From Okamejei kenojei (lineage: Eukaryota), in NCBI GenBank assembly GCA_035221665.1, contig CM069138.1:22568001-22632000 (forward strand): 64,000 nt of DNA, given 5' to 3'. Numbering within the stretch: position 1 is the first letter of the stretch; the number at the start of each line of letters is the position of its first letter. Below the pieces are notes generated by a model. That model had not been told where the DNA came from and searched no databases. It was given only the letters and a program-made list of their open reading frames with translations. The position numbers and the translations under genes were made by a program. Positions 46,937 through 59,949 of the stretch are shown one piece after another.

Positions 46937-47194
46937 TTATACCTGGTATGCAAACCAAAGCCACATAACCTACAAACCTGTACGTCTTTGGAGTGAGGGA
47001 GGAAACCGAAAGATCTCGGAGAAAAACTCATGTGGTCATGGGGAGAATGTACAAATTCTGTAGGGACAGGCACCTGTGGTGGGATTGAACCCGGGTCTCC
47101 AGCGCTGCAAACGCTGTAAGTCAGCAACTCTACTGCTGCACCGTGCCGCCCCGTTTTAAAAAATAGTTATGGAAAAAGAACTGATACTGATCTC

Positions 47195-48865
47195 ATTTAT
47201 TCAGTATTACAGACCCTTTGCTATGACACTCAAAATTGAGCTTCTAGGTTCATCCTGTTTCCATTGATTATCCTTGAGATGTTTCTACAACTTAATTAGA
47301 GTCCACCAGTGGTAAATTAAATTGATTGGACATGATTGGAAAGGCACTCACTGTCTATATAAAGTTCCCCCCAGTTGACAGTACATCAGGAGTAAAAACC
47401 AAAGCCATGAAGACGAAGGAATTGTCCATAGACCTCAGAGACAGGATAGTGTTGAGACACAATTGATAATAGGTGCAGGAGTAGGCCATTCGGTCCTTCA
47501 AGCCAGCACCGTCATTTAATGTGATCATGGCAGGAACGGGGCCAATCAATACCCGTTCCTGCTTCTCCCTGCATCCCCTGACTCCGCTATTTTTAAGAGC
47601 CCTATCTAGCACTCTCTCTTGAAAGCATCAAGAACCTGCCTCCACGCCCCGAGGCAGAAAATTCCACAGACTTGCCACTGTCTGTGAGAAAAAGTGTTCC
47701 CTCGTGTCTGTTTCTAAATGTCTTTTTTTACTCCTTATTCTTAAAGATTTTGGGAAGAGTATAAAACAATCTCTGCAGCATTGCAGGTCCCAAAGAGCAC
47801 AGTGGGCTCAGTCATTCTTAACTTTGGAACCACCAGGACTGTTCATAGAGCTGGCCACCTGGTCAAACTGAGCAATCGGGGGATGAGAAGGCCTTGGTCA
47901 GGGTGTGTGACCCTGAACCCGATGGTCACTCTGACAGATCCCCAGAGTTCCTCTATGAGATGGAAGAACCTTCCAGAAGGACAACTATTATATCTGCAAC
48001 ACTCCACCAATATGGTAGATTGGCAGATCAAAGCCACTCCTTGGTAAAAGGCACATGGACAGCTCACTTGGAGTTTTTTGCCAAAAGGCATGAGAAAACA
48101 TGATTCTCTGGTCCGATGAAACTAAGATTGAACTATGGCTGAATGCCAAGGGTCATGTCTGGAGGAAAAACAGGCACCGTTCAGAACCTGCCCAATACCA
48201 TACCTATTGTGAAGCAGGTGGTGGGCAGCATCATGCCGTGGGGATGTTTTTCAGCAGCAGGAACTGGTGTGCAATAGTCACGACGGTGGAAAAGTTGAAC
48301 GGAACAAAATACAGAGATATCATTGATGTTGAAAACCTGCTCCAGAGCGTTCAGGACCTCAGAATGGGCGGATTAGGTTTAACTTCCAATAGGACAACAA
48401 CCCTAAGCACACAGCCAAGACAACACAGGAGTGACTTTGCGACAAATCTGTGAATGTCTTGAGTCGCCCAGCCAGAGCCTGGGACTTGAACCCGATCAAA
48501 CATCTTCTGGAGGGACCTGAAAATAGCGGTGCCATCGATGCTCCCCATCAACCTGACGTGAGCTTGAGAGGATCTGCAGAAGAATCGGAAAAAAATTCTT
48601 ACCCAAATACAGGTGTGCCAAGCTTTGTAGCGTCATACCAGAATGACATGGCTGTAATCGCTTCCAAAGGTGCCTCATACAAAGTACTGAAGGGTCTGAA
48701 TACTTATGGTAAATGTGATATTTCAGTTATTTTTTTTAATTGCTTTGCAAACATTTCTAAACACCTGTTTTTGCTTTTTTATTATGGGATATTGTGTGTA
48801 GGATCGATGATATAATTTAATCCACTTTAGAATAAGGCTGTCACGTAACAAAAGGTGGAAAAAAA
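47195..48865 (+). mobile_element. Second Tc1 copy (opposite orientation), interrupted by a CR1 tail fragment (about 47465-47745)
   Basis: [11 protein letters not shown] and DLNPIKHL fragments; right TIR similar to copy 1. Confidence 0.82.
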
Positions 48866-49409
48866 CGTGGACCCCACTATCACCTCCAATTGAAGGCAAC
48901 TTATGTCTTGTGAAAAAAATTAACCCTGCTTCACCCTGATGGGATAATTAAGGTAAGAATGAGGTTGAGTTCTTGACTTTAGTGATGAATGCCCTCTCTC
49001 TGATATCATAGTGATCCGATCACTGAGAAGGGATGTGGTTCAGGGAATGCGAGTTTCATCTTGACACAATCGTCCAATCCCCAACAATTCATGGAACAGC
49101 TTTAGTTGGAAATGTCAGAGACAATTCTGAAAACCAATGGTGCGATAATAAGATTAGAACATTGACTTGCTCTGATCCCTTCACCCGAGATTAAATACTC
49201 AGTGTTACCAGGATTACAAGGATGCGTGTTCTTGGCCTGATAATCCGACTCTGGGGAATGGGTAGTGTTAATTTACTCTCTGGGATTCCGGTGGCGCTTA
49301 TGGAGGGTGAGGAGTTACTGCCAGCCAGCTCTTGTTGAGAAAAAACGCTGAAAAACCGGGGGAAAACGAGCCTACTGCTGCCTGCTGCTTCTTTTGTACG
49401 GGATGCTGT

Positions 49410-52400
49410 GAGTGACGTCATCAGGCGCGAGACTTAGCATGTCTATGCAGCGCAGCCCCCTCCGGAGAAACCGACAACTCGTACTGTTGCTAGGCAGAAA
49501 GAAAAAGGCCCGACTGAACCTCGGGCTCAGGTAAGACATTATCCAAGAAGAAGTTGTGGCGAAAAAAAACAGCGAGAGAAAACGGAATGTGAAGATCTCA
49601 AAACTTTTATTGCAGGTGAAATTGCTGCTTTTAGGGAAGAATAAATCTGATGAATATTGGTAGAAGAAATAAAAAAAAAATCAAGGAAGAAATGATGGAC
49701 TTCAGTTTTGAAATTATACCAAATTAATACACAACTAAGAATACATCGGAAGAGTTGAAGAAAGGAAACGCAGAAATAATGATTGATAATGGGGGGGGGA
49801 AAGGAGACGAATGATAAAATCAAAAATGTGAAAACTGACTTCTTGACACAAAGGCTGAATCCGGTGGAACTGGCACTGAACCAGCAGACGCTGTTACAAA
49901 GACTTGAACAACTAGCGAAACAAGTGCTCTGACCTACAGCAAAGCTTATTACTGAAAATCATCGTCTAACTGAATTACTGGGCAAAAGTAACCAAGAAAT
50001 GTACTGAATTCTGGGTCGCCCAGAGAAGACAGAACCTAAGAATTGGGGTATTCCAGAAGGGGAAGAGAAAGATCAAGATCCCCCGAGGGAATTCACTGCA
50101 AATTTACTGCAAAGGTTTTATCTTGGATCAAAAGCTTAACTAGCCGAGCACATAGAGTGATGTGAGACGCCAGACAAGACAAAACGCTCCCCCTAAGACA
50201 AATGATTAATAAAAGGTACAGTACGACTGTCTTGGAGGAAATATGCATAAAACATCAAGAACAGAAATCTTTATTTGAAGGACACAAGTATCAGTATTTA
50301 TCGAGATGACCCAGCAGAGGGTCTCCAGGAAACGCCCAAAAAGCATTTATATGAGACCAAAGGTATCCCTTGTCACGTCAACAAGGAAAGGAACATTTTT
50401 TCACCAATCCTGTGGGAAAGGCATTGGACTTTGCTCAGAAGATTAAGGCTTGAGGGAGGATGCTTGATCCCTTACCATTGAATAAAATCTTAACTGACTT
50501 TGCAGGGAACTGGATGGAAATTGATTAGGATGACTAAGGCAGCTGGAGAAAGACGTGGATCTCTGGAAACTCTCCCATGGATACTAATATTAGTTAAATG
50601 CACTACTAATACAAATAACTAATAAATACTAAAAATATACGTTTGTATTTTTACTAATCAGAATTAATAATTATCACTAATGACAATGTTTACTTTATAA
50701 ATGAATGATTAGTAGAGTCCAAAAATATAGAGTGATTTTCATTTGACCTCTTTGGAAACCTTTCTTTTTTACTAGTAATTCTCATTTTTTATTTTCTTTC
50801 TCCTTTTTTTCGGGTTTTCTTTTTTTTTTTTTTTTAATTAAATTTTCAATAAGTTTTAAATTTTTGCTATCCAAACTTTCCGACTATTGGAAATCGAATA
50901 TTTTTAAATCTATTCCCCCTGTTAAAATTATTTGATTTGGAATAAAAAATTCCAAGATATAAGGGGTGGTTAAGCTCGCAACTTCAACTACGGAATGTCG
51001 GGGTAGATGGTTAGCCATGCTTGCTTGGCTGCTACTAACTACACTACTATAGATTTAAGTTTTTTCTTCTTTGTGCACAATACTAATTTCTTAATCTATC
51101 CTCTTTTCATTTACTATTTTAAATCTATCATTTATTATTTTTCAGTTGGAATGGAGTTACAAAAATTGGACAAAAGGAGATAGACACATGAGAGACCGTT
51201 AAGGGTCTTAAAACTCTCTATTTCAGAGTTCAGGTGTAAGGTCGGGTCTCTCCTGAACTGAAACATTGGCTCTATTATAGACCCCCATAGACAAAAGATG
51301 GCAAGATTTAAATAAATTGAATACAGGGAATGAAGGAATAACATTTTGCAGCTGGAATTGTTAAAGGTCTTAATGAAACCAATTCGAGAGAGGTAAAGTA
51401 TTAGGGCATTTAACAAAGCAATTAAAGCTGACGTGATTTTCATTTTAGAAACACATTTTAAAAAAAGATGCGAGCATAGGCTGGAAGCTAAATGGATAGA
51501 TAAAAAATATCATTCTTCTTTTACGCAACAAATCAAAGGGTGTAGCAATACTATTTCGTAAAGGCACTTTATTCAAACATAAATCACTAAAACTGATAAT
51601 GATGGCTGGATACATTATTGTTATAGGAGAATTAAATGCCACAAAAAATGATTCTTGTCAATGTATATGGACAAATTTTAGTACGTCACTGTTTTTTAAG
51701 AAAATATTTAATTAACATCCCGAAATAGCACAACATAACTTAATAATTGGAGGAGATTTTAAATTGTACATTAGATTCATATTTAGACAGATCCCAAGAC
51801 AAAGGAGAAAACCAAATCCCATTCCAGTGACTTATTAAATGCATTTATATGGATACTAGTAATATTAAAGATGTTTGGAGAGTAGGAAACCCAAGCTGGG
51901 ACGAGAATATTCATTTTTATTCACCTGTACATAAAACCTATTCAAGAATAGATTATTTTTTGGTTGTCGTCTAAACTTATCTCACTCACTTACAATTCAA
52001 AATACCATAATATTATAATCTCAGATCACTGCACTTTTAACATTATGATTAAATAAATGGTTAAAATGTGGACAGGAGATTTACTCCACAAATTTTAAAA
52101 GAACAAAGCAATCTCAGGAATATATTATAGAGCAGATCAAGATCTTTCTTTGAAATAAATGGTAAACCAGAAATATCTTTCCCTATTATGGGAAACTTTT
52201 AAGAGATTAAGGGCCATGGAATTATGATCTCTACTCAAGCATTTTAATAATAAGAAAGAATCGAGAGGGGAAACAACAGGATTTGGAAAAGGAGATTATA
52301 ACAATTAGATACAGGAGAACGCTGCTAATCATCCATAAACAACACATAATAAAATTGCTGTTACTGAAATATAAATTAATAAAATACTACACAGGATCAA

Positions 52401-55374
52401 TTTGTTAAAACTTACCAATACACTATCAATTACAATTTGAATTCGGAGATAAACTCAAAAATTATTGCTAGTCAATAAGAAAGATGGAGGGAGAAAAAAT
52501 AATCATAGGATTAAATCATGATAATGGCGAACCATTTAGTAAATAAAGATATTAATGAGAGATTTTTGCAATATTATAAAAATTTATATTCAGCTAATAA
52601 ACAACAGAAAATCAAGATAGGAAATCGAAACATTTAAAAAATAATGTGAGTGGGTTGGATTCACAAAATAGAGAATTATTGAAATGCTGAAATTTCAGTA
52701 AAAGAATCAAAGAATCTAAGATCATTAAAATACGGTAAAAACACCGAGGACCCAGATGGTATAGGCCCGGAATTTTATAAAACATTTTATGATCTGAATT
52801 GCCACCATGTTGAAGACACTTATAAGAATAATATTTATATTTCACCAGAAAACTACCAGAAACGTTAAAGGAATCTATTATAACACTTATACCCTAAAAG
52901 AGACAAAGACCTGGCATTGACCCAGGATCATATTTTAGAAGCTCTAGCTCTTTGTAAATACTGATCAAGAGTTAATAACTAAAATATTAGCACAAAGACT
53001 AGTACAGTTATTAATAATATTATTCACCCCGGATCAACAGGATGTATTACCAAAATGATATTCCTCATTATAACGTGAGACCGGTTATACAATAGTATTA
53101 TATTCAAAAAGAGTATTAATAAAGATTCTAAGTAATTTATTTTGTTAAGATGCAGAGAAAGCTTTTTGATCCAGGTGCATTGTTTATTTGTTCTCGGTTA
53201 TGGAAACTTTTAAGTTGGGAGGGAGAGTTTATTACTTGGGGTTTAAATTATTATACACTATCCAACAGCTTGAATAATAACAAAGCAAATGCTATCAACT
53301 AAATTTAATCTATTTGAGGCTGCAACACAAGGTGGTCTCTATTCCCCACTACTGTTGGCACTTGCAATAGAACCCTTTAGCTCAAGGGGTGAGATTACAA
53401 TCTGAATTATGATGGTATGACCCCCCCCCCCCCTCCCAGAGGAGATACTGAAAATCAAATATTTTATATGCGGATGTATATATTACTTTATTTTCTACAA
53501 AAAAAAAGCAGGTATTAGTTTCCCCGAATTTTTTACTATAATTTATACTCTGAATTTGGATTATTTTCAGGAGTATAGTATTAATTGGAATAAATGTGAA
53601 CTTATGCCAATAATGGTCAATAACTATACATATACTACAACAATTTCCCTTTAAGACGCAAATGAAAAAATCAAAATATCTTGGATATTCATGTCCACAA
53701 AAAGATTTGATTCTTTATTTAATCCAATTTTCCACTTTTATTGAATAAATTAAATAAGATCATTTTATATGGAAAACATGACTCACTTTCTCAATTGCTA
53801 GAAGTAGAATTAATGCAATAAAAATTGATTTTTCTCCCGAATTACTATATCTTTTTCAATTGATCGATATATCTTCTAAAAATGTTTTTAAGAAAGTTGT
53901 TCTTTGTCACAACTTTATCTGGGATTTTAAGAGTCATAGAATAAACATAGAAAACATTTATGTAACCTAAAAATAAATGGAGTCTATCTCTACCAAACTT
54001 TATGTTTTATTACTGGGCAGTTTTAATATTAAAAATATGAATTTTTGGTTTGTAGAGACTAGATAAACAACCAAAACCTGGTTAAAAATGGAAAAAAAGA
54101 ACCTTGTTCGCCTTTTGAAATTAGTTCGATTTTATTCACCAATATAAAAAATAGGTGAAGGAACAACCTATGGTGATAACCTGTTATTAATAGAAAGTGG
54201 AATACGTATCTTGAAACAAATAAGAAACACTAAAAATTGGATTGTATACACTGCCCGTTACCAGTGTAAATTAATGGTACTTTTAAACCTTCAATGATGA
54301 CAAAGGTTTTTGTACAATGGAAAAAGTATGGAATTAATAAGATGGGGAGATCTCTATAGGAAATATTATTTCTTTCATTTCAAGAATTTACAACAAAATT
54401 TATGGATTACATTTCAAAAGATTACTTTAGATATCTACAAATTAGAGACTATGTAAAAGCAAATACACAGGAACAAAATATTTGAAATAGAAAGTCAGAA
54501 TTTAGATGAATGCCGTAAATATAAATACTCGAACACAGAAAAATCGATATATATATTTATAATATTTTACTGGAAAACGATGTCCAATGACCAGAAATAT
54601 ATAGGCATCCATGGGGAATAATGAATTAGGTCAAAGTATTAGACTGAAAATATGGGATGAAAGTTTACATCTTATACACCACTGCTCGTTAAAGTACTAG
54701 ACTCTCTTTATACATTTAAAATATTACATAGGAACATATTCAAAAAATCCAATACTACATAGTATTTTTCAAATGTATCTGCCAAATTTGATAAATGCAC
54801 ACCTTAGAAGTTCTCTTACGGCACTCATTTACAAATTGCGTATAAATTACTAAATTTTGGACAGAGTATATTTAAGTTAATTTCTCGAATGTAGTTTAAT
54901 ATGAATCTGATCCCGATCAAAGTTAATAATAAGGGGGGAATCTAGAACAGATCAATTAATAACAAAGAATCAAAGAAGTTTTATTGATCTGTCTAATTAA
55001 TTGGGAAAAAAAATTAATATTGAAATTCTGGAAAGGTCTACATCCCACAATCAAAATGTGGATTACAGAAATGTCCGAGACACTTATCTGGACACGATTA
55101 AGGCTTGTCCTTTTGGAAGGTTGGATCTTTTCAGAGGAATATGGTCTCATTTATTGAATATCTAAAGGAGTCCAAAATGAGTTCGGTGACGAGAGCCTGA
55201 TGAAGCCTGAATAACGGAATAGATGAAGAATTCCAGTTAACAAATCATAGAGTTTAATCTCCAATGATGGATATCTTTTAAATTTCTCCAATTCATTTCT
55301 TTAGTTTGGATTTCCAACTTCTTACTTAATTTTTCTATCTTTTCTTCACTTGCAAAAAAAAAGTATAGAAATAT
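49410..55374 (+). mobile_element. L1-clade LINE, near full length (ORF1 and ORF2 remnants), same family as 12635-16165; heavily frameshifted
   Basis: Direct similarity (e.g. 51838-51910 to the reverse complement of 16095-16165); ORF1-like RQNLRIG.PEG near 50025-50065; TGACGTCA at the putative 5' end (49413-20). Confidence 0.85.
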
Positions 55375-55874
55375 NNNNNNNNNNNNNNNNNNNNNNNNNN
55401 NNNNNNNNNNNNNNNNNNNNNNNNNNNNNNNNNNNNNNNNNNNNNNNNNNNNNNNNNNNNNNNNNNNNNNNNNNNNNNNNNNNNNNNNNNNNNNNNNNNN
55501 NNNNNNNNNNNNNNNNNNNNNNNNNNNNNNNNNNNNNNNNNNNNNNNNNNNNNNNNNNNNNNNNNNNNNNNNNNNNNNNNNNNNNNNNNNNNNNNNNNNN
55601 NNNNNNNNNNNNNNNNNNNNNNNNNNNNNNNNNNNNNNNNNNNNNNNNNNNNNNNNNNNNNNNNNNNNNNNNNNNNNNNNNNNNNNNNNNNNNNNNNNNN
55701 NNNNNNNNNNNNNNNNNNNNNNNNNNNNNNNNNNNNNNNNNNNNNNNNNNNNNNNNNNNNNNNNNNNNNNNNNNNNNNNNNNNNNNNNNNNNNNNNNNNN
55801 NNNNNNNNNNNNNNNNNNNNNNNNNNNNNNNNNNNNNNNNNNNNNNNNNNNNNNNNNNNNNNNNNNNNNNNNNN
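55375..55874. other. Assembly gap (500 N)
   Basis: Run of N. Confidence 1.
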
Positions 55875-58800
55875 TGGTAAGATGACGCAACAAATCCTCT
55901 GCAGTACCACTTCACTGATAAACCGTTGATGTTCCTGCCACGCTGCCCTTGCCTCTGCTGCAAGCTCTGTGTAGCGCAGCTTCTTACGCTCATAGCCACC
56001 ACAACCAGAGTTCTCCCCAAGATCTGAGAGCTAGTATGATCCTAAGCATCCTCTTAAAGGGACCAGAACACACAAATCTGGCCTGAGGTTGTTGAAGCAA
56101 TTTCAGGTGGAAAGATAGGTGTCAGCCGATGTCCCGCCACATCCCTCCATCACGGGCCCTGCATATGGTTTCCCTTTCTGATCTAGTGGAAGGATGTTTC
56201 GGTTTTTTCTGTCCTTCTCGACAAAGGTTGTCGCCCTTAAGTGAGGGTGCCTTCCCTCGAGGCAAGGAGTTGGTCGCCACACGAGCCTGTTCCTCAAGCT
56301 GTTGCCAGCTTTTTAATACCTGATTAATGCCTCCACGTGTATCTCCCTTGCGTGAGGCTGGTCCCTTGCAGCTACCATGATGTGTTTGGAGGGTCGCTGG
56401 ACTTGGGCAAAAGCACAGGTGGATCCTCCGTCCGAAACCTCACTGATGAGGTTCTTTGTATGGAAGATGTCGTATGTCGCTGCTCTGATGATGAAGTTGA
56501 TCTTGCTTGTTCCATTTCCCATAGGTCATCCAGCTGAGATCTTCCTCCGATCCACCACCTTCCACTGCATCCATTGCCCTGGTTTTGGCAAGCGAGAACC
56601 GCCTTTGCACTTCTTTGAGCCACGCCTCCGTCGCCGACCTCCTCAACCCACCAATTGTCCTCCGCTCTGATGTTTTGGTCTTTCGCCAAGTTGGTTTACC
56701 GTTCGTAAGGCCAAAGCCTCCTCTTCCTGCTGCACTTGCCCCCACGACGTCTTTGTGCCTCAGGGCTGATGAAGCTTGCTGTACTGCATCAGATGGTGTC
56801 ACACTTCCGGCCCCAGGTTACTAGGTGCGGCGCAACAGCGACTGATGGTCTTGTCTCCCAGAGTCCCCTCAGTGTCATCTGGAGTCTTACTTTGGAACAC
56901 TGTATTCCTCTGTTAGACCTAGTGAAGGTAGTTCCACCAGACCCCTTTGCATAGAGCCGATGTTAGTTAGACATCGTGGGACACCGAGCCTTTCTTTCGC
57001 GTATGAAGTTATGGTTCTGCTCCATCTTCTCCACATTGTTATTGAGCTTCATAAACGTCATGGCCACAATTGTCCGAGGAAGGAGTCAAACTAAGGCACC
57101 AGAGCTTCAGTTTCCCAGGCAGTAGGTCTGATTGATTGATCTCCAGCCGTTGACAATTTTCTTGCCTTAGCTGTTTCATCACCTGCACTTTGTCCTTTGA
57201 GACTTGCGTTGTACCATCTGCCCAGGCTTATTACTGGCTGCTCAGACACTGTTGGTATTAGGTCGTACACCGATGCAGAACCTTGTGTCTCAAGCAACCT
57301 CCTTAACTATGGAGATGCTTCGAGACTTACTTGGTTTGATTTTCATTCGGCCCGACTTGATGTTCTCCTGCAGCTTTCCAAGTAGCCGCCTTGGTGCATG
57401 CTGCAGTAGTGGTTATGTTGTCCATATCATCCATGTATGCCCTGATGGTGGTCAGACGGAGCCCAGCTTCTGGTTCGTTCACCGCCCACCACCAATTTTA
57501 GAGGCCCGATGATGACTTCATGGCCATTGTAAAGGCCCAAGGGGAGACTGTGCAGCCTGCCCTGATGCCTACTTCAAGCGCTGCATGCTTGTACTGAATT
57601 CAGCTGTTGTGAAGCACAGCTGCAGAGTCTGGAATAGTTCTTACTCAGTGTGGTGATGAGCTCTGGTACAAGGGAAAAAGGCAAAAGATTCCCAAGGAGT
57701 CCATGTGGAACTGGAACCAAAATGCAGTTGCCCAGAATCGAGAAGATCCCCGTAGGACTCTCTTGTCCTTCATAGCTGCTTGGATCTGGTGCCTAGATCA
57801 TGCTTGTATCCTCCAAGCAGCCCTTGAGTCCGAAAAACCAGGAATTTTCTCTTTCTGTAACAGATGTATCAATGTACTTTGTTTGTTACCAGATAGAGGA
57901 TAGCCTTTGTGATACAAGCAGAAAAAGATTTTATCCCTCGACGAAGAGGAGACATATTGGCCGGATATTGGCTGGATGGTCTTGATGCATCCTTTTCTTT
58001 AGTATATTAGCTAATGCCGCCGGCCCTATCGCCACACCTTAGGTATATGTTTCCTCTTCACACCCACCCCTCATAGCAATCCATAGAAAGCTTCAACACA
58101 TCCGGTGCATTCTTGTAGAGCTTGTATGGTACTCCCTTTGCCCCGTAGCTGATGCTGCTCTGCCTCGCCGGACAGTGTTCTCTACCTCTTTCCATTTCGG
58201 ATGGCCTGGTGTCCAGGTTGGAATCAGGTGGTTGGAATAGGTGGGATGTCATGTGGGATGACTAACTTCTCATGCCTTTTTCGGTGTCTTGGTGGGCCTT
58301 TTCCAGGTGTTCCTCCAATTCTTGTTTTGATTTTTCAAAGTGTCCACTATTTTATCCTTTGCGAAGAGGTCTTTTTAGATGAACTTGAAAGGGTCTTTGG
58401 TAGAACCAGTAATATACTTGTTTGTTCTTTCTTTCCTGCGAAGTTTCCTCATGTTCACCTCGCTTTTCGCAAAGTTTGCCAACGCTTCTTGATGTCCCTC
58501 TTGGAGTAGCATGAGACCTTCTCTCATCTGCGTCAGTTGCTTTTTTTTCCCCATTGCTTTTTCAACGTCTCCTCTCACTGATTAGCCTCTCGATCTCTGC
58601 TAGCCTCCTGGACTTGATTGGTGTTGGTACTTCTTTCACCTCTCCCTTTACTCACACCCAAACCGTTCTTCCCATAGCTGTAATTATGTTGCCCATCCTT
58701 TTCAAGCTTTCCACTGATGTGCCCAAGTGTTGCTCCAAGATAATCGTATAAGGTCACTGTTGACGTCTCCCACTCTTTCTTTTCAACTGCTTTGGCCCAC

Positions 58801-59790
58801 TTCATCCAGGTTTTATCCCTTTGATCTTTCCCTCCAATGGAGGTCTTTGTAGTTGGTTGCGTGGCTCCTCCAACCGCATTTTCTGTGCTTGTATCACCCT
58901 CATTTTCAGTGACATGGTCTGATGCTCTGGCGAACTTTGGTTTGTGTCCCGTCCTGTGCTTCATTCGACTGATTTGACTGGTTTGCTTTAGTAAGAAGTA
59001 CTGGTCAATGCGAGGCCCATTCCCTGCTCCGCTCAAGCACTTTTTCCTCCCTGGTGGATCTTCAAGCCCATCATTGATGTCTTTTCTCCAACCGACAGAT
59101 GCACACCTGAAGTTTGTGTCCCGCAGCGTTGTGGATGTCTCATGTGCCAAAGCTCCCTCCTTGTCCGTGGTCTTTCCGTTCCTGTCCTGTAACCGTGTTA
59201 TCAATCGTTGAGCCCATCTTGCGCCCCCGCTCTCGCAGGCTCTGGGAGTATTTCTTTTAATTTACTTTTTGTAGCATTTAGCGGGTGTCTCCAACTAGCT
59301 GAAACAGCTTTGGATACAGTGACTGCTGTCATGGGGAGGCTAGCCCATGACGGCCCACCATTGGGTCTGTTCCCTCCTGTCATGCTGTCTCTCAAGCTGT
59401 CACATGGACTTTCCCCATGTTGTCGCACAAACCTCAGCTGTCCTTTCACAGCAGTCACTGGATAAGTCCAGAGTGTTCAGAATCAAATACACAGGACTAG
59501 ATGTTAATAGAGAAGTCCCTTGTGCCAGTAGTGGGGAGCATTTCACGACATTCATTGATTGCTAAAGTGGTGGACGCTCAACATCAGGGGGGGGTGGGGG
59601 GCGGAGGGGGGTACGTATACGTATATCTTGGCCTGGGTAACCTTAGGACAGCTGGTGCACAGGACACATCATCAGTAGTTGTACCCTGCATCACTGGGTG
59701 GTTTTCGGCCTTTTATCACTAGACACCCTCCACAAGGGCGGTCCCGCTGCAGGATATCAGCCCTCAAGCGTGTGTCCCGTGTCCTAAAAC
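55875..59790 (-). mobile_element. RLE-type non-LTR retrotransposon (HERO-like), frameshifted
   Basis: Minus fragments KDPFKF, VPYKLYKN, AVQQASSALRHKDVVG..GRGGFG, GRYTWRH, NLRPDL, YERKKLRY, CRGFVAS (zinc knuckle plus PD-(D/E)xK region). Confidence 0.75.
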
Positions 59791-59949
59791 TGCCTCAAAG
59801 AATTCACCATGACACCAATAAAATAAAAATAAAAGTGAGGCCAGGTGTGCCTGAGATAGCAAAAGTTTTTGCTATATCTAAAGATGGGTGAGGCTATGGA
59901 AAAACCTAGCTCCTACATTAATTATATGGTATCTCACCAAACTTCAAGA

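Noticed and set aside
45376-48865. Two inverted Tc1 copies as a composite transposon
   Set aside because: Copy 1 has its own TIRs and splits a SINE independently; copy 2 has incomplete ends. Independent insertions explain the arrangement.
55237-56020. Long ORFs spanning the N run
   Set aside because: Artefacts of translating the assembly gap.
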